From Paraspadella gotoi (taxonomy: Eukaryota > Animalia > Chaetognatha): 64,000 nt of DNA. Numbering within the stretch: position 1 is the stretch's first letter; each line of letters starts with the position of its first letter. A program made the position numbers and the translations under genes. The notes beneath the pieces are model-generated. The model had not been told where the DNA came from, did not search any database, and was given only the letters and a program-made list of their open reading frames with translations. This document shows positions 42,245 through 53,255 of the stretch, in pieces. The stretch spans positions 6,267,525-6,331,524 of the forward strand of contig CM119268.1 of NCBI GenBank assembly GCA_051294375.1. The letters run 5' to 3'.

Positions 42245-45200
42245 TCAACGAATGGCAATGAGTCCGGCTTCGATCAGTTTCCTCAACTTTTGCGCGACGG
42301 CGGGGTTTTTCAGATGATCCTGCAAAGATCCAGGTTCCCGCTGCATCTGCTCCAGAATCATTCTCATCGCCGGATCGGCCATGATGTTCTGTACCTCCGG
42401 ATCTTGCATCGCCCGACGACGCACTGCCTCGGGATCAGAGTTGATGGCCATCATCGCCTGAGAAAGAAAAGTTACAAATATTTGGTAAGACCTTTTTTTG
42501 TCATTCTCCCACACCACCAAGGGGAGCCATAGAAAATTTGGAAAGGGAAGTTATAGATTGGATATTTTCTGCAAGACAGGAGATAGGGAAGGATAGGTTA
42601 AAGGATTCATATATAAACGGGGGAGCGCAATTAATGGATGTTAAGGATAAGGTTTAAGCTCAGAGAATAATGTGGATCAAGAGACTTTTTGCGGTGCCAG
42701 TTGGGTCTTTCCCTAGGGTTGTTGCGGGAGAGTTAATTGGCTCGCAGCAGGCAGGATATCATGGGTTAGAAATATTTAGAGTTTTGGAGGCAGGGATAAG
42801 ATTAGAAGTCAATGGATTTTATTCTGAGACAGTGAGAGCTTGGTTGGGCCTGGGTGCTAAATTTGAGCCGGGGAATCTGCTCACTGACTACTATGATTTA
42901 TTTTATAATGTGAATGCGACTGATGTTAATGGAGAAATTTTAAGGCCAGTTGGTGCTCTTTTGAAAGCAATGTAGCACACAATGTGAGGACAGTTGGATA
43001 ATTCCTAAATATGCAAATTAGTGATACTCCTCGGAGACAGAGGACAAAAATGTTTGACATGCAATGCGAGGTTGTTCCGAAAGATCATCCATCTGATTTT
43101 GTTGTTAATGTACAGGGAGAAGTCAAACGGGTTGGAAAGATGTCATTTGCAGAGGTTTATGGTTATCTAAGAACGAAAGTTATATATGAATGGATAATTT
43201 TTATATTGGTTGTACCAATTTCATATAAGCATTATGAATCTAAATGGGAGGGTGTCCTTGGAGTTGAGTTAAAAGATGACTGGAGAGGCATTTGGGGTGC
43301 TCTTATACGCTCTAGATCCTCTTATTATGTTAGGTCAGTTGTGTGGCAACAGATTGACAGACGTCATATATGCATAGTGCTTATTTGGATATGGGTGATG
43401 GCATTTGTCAGTTGTTTAGAAAGAGAGAGATGGGATATAGTGTTAGAGTGTGAAGTTGTAAGGTTATGGGAAAAACTGAGTGTGACGCTAATGAAGCTAG
43501 ATGACAGAAGAGTCGATAAAAGGGAGATGGGTTTGGGATTAACAGGAAGAGGAGCAAAAATTAATCTTAGGAATAGGCTAGAGTATACTTTAAGGTCTAT
43601 AATTTTAATGATGAGAGGGGAAAGGATTAGAAGTGTGGACTGGGCTATAAAAAAGTTGTGGAATGTTTTTGTTTCAAAATTAAGAAAGGAATTGGAAAAA
43701 TAATTTTGGGTGGTAAAGTTTAATGGGAGACTGCGGAGTTTTGAGAAGGGAGTTTTGGTTGGAGGGATTATGGGTAGGGTGAATGAGGAGGGATGGGTAG
43801 ACTGGGGTAATTTAGTAAAAAGGGCAAGGGTTAGTTATTGTAATTTATTCTAGTAATATGGTACGTATTGAGTATTGGGTATTGCAAAGTAAGGATTAAG
43901 AATTAAGGTTTAAAAATTCTTAAAGGATTAAGGTTGTTATGATTCTTTCTTTTCGTTGCGTTTAAATTTAAGGAAAAACAGTTTTTAGTATGTAACAGCG
44001 AATTTTTTATTGACATAGAAAGTTGGACATGTTTTGACTGTCTTGAGTAGCGGTAGCCGACCAAATTCAAATTTATGGGACGCATTAAACTAATCCATTA
44101 TTGGTATTAATTATTGTGTTAAAATATTTTTTGCAAAAATGTTCCGAACCATGAGTAATTCGCTAATTAATATTATTATATTGCTATATAATGTCAAAAA
44201 TTTTTTTTGGATATTTTAAGTTTTTTTAATTGATTCTGATAGAGCTTAAAAGTTAAGCAAAAAATATAATTGCAACTTTTTAAAATTTTGATGTTTTATT
44301 ACTAAAAATTAGTAAAAACTGCTTAAATCTTCGGATGATGATGATGATTTTTTAAGGTTTTTCTCAATTTAAACCCACTTATCATCAAAATATTGGAAAA
44401 AGAATTATACTTTATGTAGATAACTTTTTATAAGCTATTTGAATCTGCTTTTAAAAATAAAAAATTCCAAAAAAATTTTTTAACATTTCCTATCTATAAA
44501 TAATATAAAAAAATTAATTACTAATGCTTCTTGCCATTTTAAAAAAATTTGCTCCATTGAAAGTTTTCTCAGAAATGTATGAAGTTTTCATTTGGAAAGG
44601 TTCTCAAATCAAACTTCTGACCCACCCCATTGACGAAGTTTGGCTCTATCTTGAGAGTCTTCATCAGCGTATAAATAATCAAAAATTTTTTCTCTTTAAT
44701 GTTAGTTTTTGGAGAGAGAGAAAGAGATTCCAACAAAGAATTGAGAAAGGAGTGGTCAGATGTGAGGACAGGTGAAGGTAAGGGCAAGGAAGAAGATAAA
44801 TTGGTTGAAATTTGAAAGGTGAAAAATTGAGGGAGAGAGAGAGAAAACAGAGGCAGAGAAAATAGTTACATTTGGCAATGTATAACAATCTAGTAGTAAC
44901 AAAGAAATTAATAACTTATGATGAGCGGGGTTTTCCGTCTCTTGCTCACCCTTCTGAGAGTATCTATAACGCATGATGGATCGAGTCTTTAAGGATCAAA
45001 AACTAGAGGTAAGCAAAAGCAAGCATCGATGATGATTCAATAAATAAAGACCTCTCAGGTAAGCTCGGCTTAGCCACTATTCGAATAATATAAAACAGTA
45101 ATAATAAACTAAACCGTAAACCTCGACGATGGCTAATTAACATTAATGCGATCTGTATAAAATAGAAATATGATTAATCAAAGCAATGAAATAACAAATA

Positions 45201-48200
45201 TCGATTGTTTATATTTTTAAATACTTTTACAAAAGGTAAATAATATCGACGGACTACGACGAGAATTAATGTCCAACACTTAGCTTGTCATAGACAGAGG
45301 GTATTGTTGTAGGCTGAGGTATAATTCCCAACGCTATTCTAATATCCCTCTGGCCAGAAAAGCCTGCCGAAGGCCCTACTCTCGCCTGAGGACGAGGCGG
45401 GCGATTATCTGTTCTGGCCCGCTTGGGTACAGGAGATACAGATTCCTCCCCTTCTTCCTGCAGCCATCATTTTGAGTGATGCTCAGTGCGAGGAGAGAAC
45501 TTTTTTGCCTTTCAAATTTCAACCAATTTATCTTCTTCCTTGCCCTTACCTTCACCTGTCCGCACATCTGACCACTATCCTTTCTCAATTCTTTGTTGGA
45601 ATCTCCCTCTTTCTCTCTCTCTCTCTCTTTCTCTTTCTCTCTCTCCAAAAACTAACATTAAAGAGAAAAAAATGTTGATTATTTAAACACTGATGAAGAC
45701 TCTCAAGACAAAGTCGGACCTGTTTCGACTATGTCAATAAAAAATTCGTTGTTACATACTAAAATCTGTTTTTCCTTATCATAATGGTGTGATAATGGTA
45801 ATAATAATAATAATAATAATAATTGTAATGTTAGTAATAATAGTAAAGTAATAAAAGTATTATTAAAGATAAGAATAATAATAATTAGGAATGAGGGTAA
45901 TTCCAATAATTTGAATCTGGTACTTATGCTTTTCTGTTTATGACCAGTCTTAAAAAAAAAAAAAAAATTCGCCAAGTTTCTGTCTATGACTTTAAAAAAA
46001 AATTGCCAATGGCCTAATGTAAATGTTAGGTACCATAATGACAATATTTACTCCCGATTTTCATTGGTATACTTAATACTTATCCAATTTACAATGTCCG
46101 CGATTGATCCCTAATTGTTGAATTTTATGGAATTATCGTTTTATTTTTAGTGCTATTAGTGCTCAAGCCTATTCATCGTTTGAACTGTCAAATTATTTCT
46201 TTTATTTCAGAAAAAAAAAAAATTCTCCCGGCAAAGTCATGAATTGGTTCTCTCTGTGGTCACCCACCTGTCGGTATCCATCAATCGCTTCTTGGTTCTT
46301 TGCATCGATCTCGAGCGCTTTCTCAAAAGCATCCGACGCCTTTTGTGGATTCTTGAGAGCTATGCAAATATGGCCTTTGCGGATGTGGCCTTTAATGAAC
46401 TGAGGATCGAGTTCGATGCAGTGATCGCAGTCCTTTAGCGCCAGATTGAATTCCATCAATTTGCTGCCAGGAATAAAAAAAAAATAAATTAAACCCGTTA
46501 ATGCTGGAGATTTCTTTCACGATCTCCGCTTCGTGTTATCTCGCCTGTAAGCGGCTGCGCGGTTGGAATAGATTTTGGGGTCGTCGGGGTTTCGTCGAAG
46601 GGCCTCGGTGTAAGACTTGACGGCTCCGGGGTAATCGCCTTTGGTAAAGCACTCGTTGCCTTGTTGTCTCTCTTCTTCTGCTTTAGCCGGATCAATGTAG
46701 GCCCGTTGCTTTTCTTCTTTCATCTGTTTCTCTAAAATACAAAAGCAACAAGAGGTATCGTAATGAGGAGTGCCACTCACGTTTCGAAACTTCAATAAAC
46801 TTCTCTACTCCTAGTCCTAAATAAGAAAAGAGCAAACAAACTTCGTATTATGGCAACAGCCGGGTTGCCTGTGATGCCCATTGGGATGGGGCATCTCACT
46901 GTTGGCTGTGGGGGCTTCCGACCCTCAGTGATGCCTCCAGTCACTAGCGCGGTTATCCTAGGACGGTCTCGCTTTGCCAACGCAGAGGGAAGTCGTTAGG
47001 ACTGTGGATGGAACACTATGCCTGGGATGGTGTGTTCCCCCTCTGAGCCAATGGATTTGGCTGAAGGATGGTGGACGTGAGGCGGTGTGAATATACCGCC
47101 ACAGGATCCCCGGGCCAAGACATCACTCAGGTTCCTCAAGCCTGACAGGTGTCTGACAAGACTGTTACCATAGTGGGAGAGAGAGAGCATGAGTTGTGGG
47201 GGCATAGGCGTTTGTCGTAGCGTACCCCAGGGGCATAGGCGCTTGTCGTAGCGTACCCAAAGTCGGCAGGGCATAGGCGTTTGTCGTAGCGTACCCTGAG
47301 AAGGTTGCGAGTTCGATAGAAGGGTTCATCACTTATGGCAACAGCCAGGTTGCCTGTGATGCCCATTGGCTTTGGGGGCTTCCGACCCTCAGTGACGCCT
47401 CCAGTCACTGGCGCGGTTACCCTAGGACGGTCTCGCTTTGCCAACGCAGAGGGAAGTCGTTAGGACTGTGGATGGAACACCACGCCTGGGATGGTGTGTT
47501 CCCCCTCTGAGCCAATGAATTTGGCTGAAGGATGGTGGACGTGAGGCGGTGTGAATATACCGCCACAGTATCCTTATTCCTTAATGTCGCCTAAAATAGA
47601 TTAGTACTGTGGACAACGATCAATTTGTCAAACAACAACCTTCTCTCTCTCTCAGTTTAACTATTATTCTATTGTTAAGGACTTGTTGACCCGTGACCTC
47701 GTAGCGTGTGATTTGACCTTTTTACGAGACTTAGCATCCGATCATTTTGTTAATAATTTTCCCTTGTTGCGAGAAAATAAATTCATTCTCGGTTGTAACC
47801 TTTTTCTTGATCGTTGCCACAGTACCAAATATAACCTCACCTATTTGTTGAACTTTCTTCACGATGTCCGGCGCTCGAAATTCGGAGAGGGATTTTTGAA
47901 AAAACTTGATGGCCGCCTCCTTCTCGTCCTTCTTGAGATAGGCGTTTCCGATTCTGGCGAAGGCCTTGGCAATCAGCTTGAAGTCCGCCCTGTGCTCGCG
48001 GCCCACCTCTATGGCCTCCTCGCACTTGGCCACGCACTGGTCGTAATCCTCTTTCTCGAAAAAGACGGCGGCCTGATTGGTTAAAATGCTCATGTTGGAC
48101 GGGTCCTTCGCGAAGGCGGCAGCATAGTGTTCCAGTGCTTCGTCAAATTTCTTGGATTTGTAGGCGGCGTTGCCGAGGTCCTTCAGCCGCAGGGACTCCT

Positions 48201-49569
48201 TCTGATCATCCGACAACTCCGGCTCCGCGGTCTCCATAGGCTCCTCGTGCTTTTGAGGCTTGGGACGCGCCGGGGGATCGTCACCCCAAGCCCGATGGCG
48301 GGGCGGTGGGCCGCCGTCGTCGCCACCGGCGGACGCACCCGCCGTACTGAGGTCGAAGCCCATTATCACGGAGAGAGCCGCCTGGATTCGAGGGTCCCCG
48401 AGATGCTTGACGATGTCGTTGGGATTCTTCTGCAGCGATTCGAGGGTCTTGCGAAATGATGGATCCTTTACGAAATCCTTCGTCCGGGGGTCGCTCTCTA
48501 ACTTAGCCCAAGCGTCTCCGCCAAACATGGAAGGCTGCGATCTACCCGAGCGGCTGAAGTTCTTGTTTAAAAAAGAAACAATACTTATAAATGAGAATAA
48601 GAGTAGGTAAATAAGATAACAAGAACGCTAATTCCAATTTGTTGCGCTGCAGTGACTTTATACGTATTCATGTGTATTTCCCTTTGATTATGTTGGACAT
48701 GACATAACATGACTAAACTTTCTTTGCCTGTGTATTTATGACATGCACTGCATCTTTTATTCCTTATAGTTTTTAGGAATTCCTGAAGCCGGCGCTAGAA
48801 GTCCCTTAGATTTGAGGTTTTTTCTTTCTTAAATGACCAACCAACTATAGGCAAATTATATATACGAATTTCTATACCTTACTTTAATGCAATGGAAAAT
48901 AAAAGCATTGATTGCATTCTTTGATTGTTTCTGTTCAAGCCCTGTAAAGTTGTTATTATCTCTAAACTGTGCGTGATCATTTGTAACTGCGACCTATAGC
49001 CTACCCCCGGCCCATCTTTCTGATTAAATCTAATCTAATTTAATCATTTTTAACATAAATGGGACCGACGGACAGACATACCGACCAACCGACAAGTGAC
49101 TTATAGAGTTGCTCCGCTCGTACTCGCGGCCCAACTAAAAACTTCTAACCAACCCTAGCGGCGTTGGCCCTTCCCTCGCGAAGCTGCTTGTTGTCTGGGT
49201 CGACCTCGAGTCCCTTGTCGTAGGCCTCGAGTGCATCGACGTTTCGACCTAGGAATTCCAACGCGGTCGCCTTTCGCGTCCATCCCTACCGGAAAAAGAA
49301 AAGATGATCCGACGGCCATGTATGTATATTCATTTTTGACCTCGATTCACCTTGCCCCATTTGGGGTTGATCTTGATGCACTCCTCGGCGTCGTCCAGGG
49401 CCTTCTCATACTCCTCGGCTTTGCAGTAGGCGGCGCTGCGGTTGGAGTAAAAGACGTGATTGGAGGGATCGAGGGCCACGGCGGAGGAGTAGTGTTCGAT
49501 GGCTTCCTTGATGTCGCCGGCGCTGAGCGCAGCGTTACCCTTTTCCTTAAACTCGTTCGCGGTAGTCAT
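42245..49569 (-). CDS. STIP1: Stress-induced phosphoprotein 1 (Hop/Sti1) TPR co-chaperone
   Basis: TPR1 (KEKGNAAL...YSNRSAAY), DP1, TPR2A ([10 protein letters not shown]), TPR2B ([14 protein letters not shown]) and DP2 ([21 protein letters not shown]...AGLIAIR*); six exons, one GC-AG intron. Confidence 0.97.
42520..43850 (+). mobile_element. 5'-truncated, degenerate non-LTR retrotransposon (L1/Tx1-like ORF2 C-terminal region) in the last STIP1 intron
   Basis: Broken frames read GGAQLMDV...A...MWIKRL and KWEGVLG...DWRGIW...VRSVVWQQI, typical of the post-RT/zf-RVT region. In-frame stops are present. Antisense to the host gene. Confidence 0.7.
44630..45740. repeat. Inverted repeat pair (about 180-200 bp arms at about 44648-44825 and 45505-45712) with degenerate hammerhead-like cores at the outer ends
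   Basis: The arms are reverse complements (CCTTTCAAATTTCAACCAATTTATCTTCTTCC...CTGATGAAGACTCTCAAGA) and differ mainly in a (CT)n tract. Confidence 0.85.
46849..47567 (-). mobile_element. Non-autonomous miniature LTR retroelement (TRIM-like), 719 bp
   Basis: Direct repeats at 46849-47103 and 47334-47567, with a 4-bp TSD GTAT at 46845-46848 and 47568-47571. Termini TGTGGC...GCCATA on the minus strand. The 230-bp noncoding interior holds three 28-bp repeats. Orientation is tentative. Confidence 0.85.
49061..49140. mobile_element. Helentron/HINE (DINE-1-like) terminal fragment
   Basis: GACGGACAGACATACCGACCAACCGAC microsatellite-like core, then GTGACTTATAGAGTTG...CAACTAAAA, resembling the ends of invertebrate HINE elements. 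Confidence 0.5.
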
Positions 49570-49790
49570 GTTCCAAAGTGATTTGTCTTTAATTTTATTT
49601 TTATCGGAAAAAAAAATTACTTGTCCGACTATAATTTATTTATAAATACGTTCTTTTGGTAACGCAATCTGTAACAGAAACGAAAAATCAACCTCGTAAA
49701 ATAAATATATGTTCAATTGATTCGAAAACGTAACAAAATGTACGAGAAAAAACCGGGGAAGGTAAGTATGATAAACAAAACCGAATTCAG

Positions 49791-52246
49791 TCAACTCGAG
49801 TTGTCCGTCCGAATCCTCTTTTTGGGCGGCTTGAAGGCGTTTCTTGTTCGCGGGCTGTCCGTTCCAACAAACGTGGCCTGAAGTAGCAAAGGTTCTCGAA
49901 GAGATGTCACCGAAGCAGGAGATGCTGCCGACGCGGCTAAAACGGGAGAGGCAGCCGAAGTTGCAGCAGCGGGAGACACGAAAGACGAAACCGCTGGTGC
50001 TCTATCTTTGAACGGCGTGCTGAAACCTCTCTTTTTCGAAGAAAACGGTTGCGGAACTCTCGATTCACTTTGCATTTTAGAGGAGACAAGATCAGCAGCT
50101 TCTGGCTGCTCGGAATTGGAAATAGAAATGACGGAGTTGTCGGCTCCGCTTTCCACTTCGTAGATGCTCGCGGTTTCCAAAAATCTTTTAGCCCTTATCA
50201 AATTGTCTGGCTTAACCGAAACTTTTTTCCCGGACGCGGTGGAAAAACCAAGGCTAAAATGGTCGTTCCCTTCGTTCTTGCCTTTCGTCGATTCGATGAA
50301 TGTCGTTGAGGCCAGTGAATGATCGGAATTCGGCTCAGTTGTGTCAGGACTTGCCGATTCTAACATTTTTCTGGCTTTGGACAAACTTTCGGCTTTAATC
50401 GAAACCGCTTTACCAGACGCCGTAGAAAATCCTACGTTAACATCGTTTTCTTTCTCATCGGCCAGTGTCTCCGAAGAGAAAGAATCGAGAGACTCCAGAA
50501 AATTTCGAGCCTTGGCGACGCTATCGGGATTCACCGAAATTCGATTTCCAGCCGCCGTGGAAAAACTGCAATGAAGTCGCGAGAAGGCGTCATCGTCAGG
50601 TTCGATGGCCTCGATCGTCTCGAGCAATTTCTTCGCTTTGAGCAAGCTATCGGGTTTCGTCGAAACGGGTTTTCCGGACGCAGTAGAAAATCCTAATTTA
50701 ATATTAGGAATGGTTAATTCTTCGCTCGATGGGTTTTTAGAGTCGGCAGTTTCCAACAATTTTCTGGCATTTTCTAAACTGTTAGAATTTATAGGAACCG
50801 CTTTTCCCGATGCAGTATAAAATGCGGGACCGGGAGCGATATTTCGATCATGGCGGCCGATGACTATGTCATGTCTCGTAAGTTTTAGAGGATTTTTTGA
50901 GCTGACGTCATTCCCAGAATCTGCGAAAAATCCCGCGGATGCGGAAGAACATTCGAAAGCGCATTGTGCCGTTTCCTTTTTAGGTTTTATACTAATTTTC
51001 GCTTCCACGTTGTCGGCATCTATCGATGCGAAAATTTCCTTAAAATCCTCGAGGAATTGAGTATCAGTTTGAGAAAAAGGGTCCGCTTCAGTCGATTCGG
51101 ATCCAATTTCGACCACTGACGGAAGATCGAATCTGTCACTTTGCTTCTCTGGCGCCAGCTTCTCCTCTGATTCTGATGGATATTGGTTTTGCCTTGCAAC
51201 AGAGACTTCCGTTGGAGATGGCATTTCGATCTTCGAGGTCAAATCACTGCGGTCAAGTGGCTCTTCTAAAAGACGATTATCCGCTTCCGTTCGATCGAGC
51301 GATTTTTTTGTTTCGTTCTTTTCGCAAGCATGAGAATAACTCTGCGGTTTATTATATTCGATCAGATTCTTCGGAGGGATTACCCCTTCAACCCCGGTTT
51401 CATGCCCATTCTCCTCTGACACTTCATCACCAACATCTCTCTCATTTTTCGGAGGTTGTTCTTCTTGAGTCCCGATCTCTGATTCTTGTTTTTCTGGGAA
51501 GAGCTCTCGAGCGAGCGGATCGCGAGTCGCGGCTTCGTTCTCCTCGTTCTCCCCTTTAACATTTGTCAAATACTGGCGATATTCGCGCAGAAGACTAGAA
51601 TCTTGGTCGCTTTTAGCCGCAGCCGGCGGAGTGGTGTACGTAGTATTCCAGGTTTCGTCCGAGTCTTCGTTCTCGTCTTTTTGCTTGGTTGACAAAAGCC
51701 AATCGGTCGGTCTGTCGGGATTAGAGATTTTTGGCAGCGACGTACCCGAGGTAGCGAACGGGGCAGAATTATGACGCTGCCCTGAATCGTTATAGAGTAG
51801 CGATCAATTTCAATTTATATTTAAGTCATTATAATAAATCGAGCACGAAAAAAAAAATGATTTCATAGTAGTATTCTTGCGTACTCTGATGTATTTCAAC
51901 ACCCGAGATACGTATGTATCTGTATATATATCTAGATAGTATATATCACACCTTGTTCACCAGTGGTACGGCTCCCCACGGATTCCTCAGCCAAGAACCG
52001 ACGCGAATCTTCGTCCCGACACTCGTCGGACCCGTGGGCGTTGACTTCGGCGCAGACGCGACGAGCTCGGGCCAGCGTTTCGTTCTCGCCATCCGCCAAA
52101 GAGTCCGGGAGGCACTTGCTTAAATACCGTGCGTCATCGATCCCGCCCAGCAGGTTGGGGCAGACGCGCGCGAATATTTCCAGATAAGTCTCCGGTTTAT
52201 CGGCGTCTCGACCACTCGCCGAAAACGCGGATCCTCGCCCCAACAT
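49791..52246 (-). CDS. BRCA2: BRCA2-like protein with five BRC repeats and no DNA-binding domain
   Basis: Exons 51961-52246 and 49791-51781. N-terminal ETYLEIFARVC..LGGI and WNTTYTTPP resemble the BRCA2 N-terminal motifs. BRC repeats FYTASGKAV..ARKLLE, FSTASGKPV..AKKLLE, FSTAAGNRI..ARNFLE, FSTASGKAV..ARKMLE, FSTASGKKV..AKRFLE. Ends AFKPPKKRIRTDNSS*. Confidence 0.85.
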
Positions 52247-53255
52247 CGGACAGCATCGCTGATTAGCTCGACGATAACTTTAGACTTCGAGGGCCAAATT
52301 TACTATCTGTCTCGTTTGTTATGGATTTGTTATTTTCCTTTCGTTTCGTTTATTTAAATTTTTTTTAAATTATATCTGTCTCGAACAAAGTTTATCAACG
52401 ATTTTAAAGACAGTCGAATCTAAATCCAGGGAAAAAAAGCAAAAAATTATTGTACAAAACACATTCTTTTAATTTCTATTTGAACATAATTTACGCAAAG
52501 TGCAGAGTACATCTACGCTCGGGAGAAATGGTGTAGCGAGGGAAGCAGCGGGACCCGTCGATAGTCGAGGGAGAAAATGAGAACATAAAATTTGAGAGGA
52601 GAGAAAGAAAATTTTATTAGGTTTTTGTCCGTTTTACCATTTTCACGAAAAAAACTTTTTTTTATGATTTAAAGACTTATGAGTTATGTATTTTAGCCAA
52701 AAAAAATCCAACAAAAAATCATATATTTATATTGTCCATTACAAACATCTTTGTAGTTATCACAGTTAGAATAACAGGGAGACGAATTTTACGATGCATC
52801 AATGACAGGAGCATTCAACTATTTTATAATATTTAATACTGCATTAAATTTCGGAAACATCGAGTGAGAAAAAGAGATAAAATTTCTTTAGAATTTGAGG
52901 AACGAAAAAAAAAGGGTTTAAAGTTAAACGCAATGTTTTATAAACGAGTTTAAATTAATTGTCATATAAAAGACAAGCTAAATCTAACTTCCTCGTAACG
53001 AGAGAACTCGTAAGCGAGTTTTAAAACTTCTTAACAAAAAAAAGGCGGTTAATGAGTACTGAATACTTATAGAAATTTCAATTTCAAACAACCCAGGGAA
53101 AAAATAGGAATATTAAAGCGGAGATTTTAAAATTTCGATAAATTCACCGCGTAGGAATTTTTAACTATTTTGAGGTGTATAGGAAGAAGGCGATCCATTT
53201 ATAAGGTTAGTCATTCCAGTCTCGTGGAAACAGTTTGTGGTCGATTTCTGCCACA

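Noticed and set aside
45380-45435. CTGAGGA plus a hairpin as a hammerhead
   Set aside because: No GAAA follows the stem.
47200-47296. Three 28-bp repeats as a mini-CRISPR
   Set aside because: The spacers are only 3 and 10 bp, there are no cas genes, the context is a eukaryotic intron, and they lie inside an LTR element.
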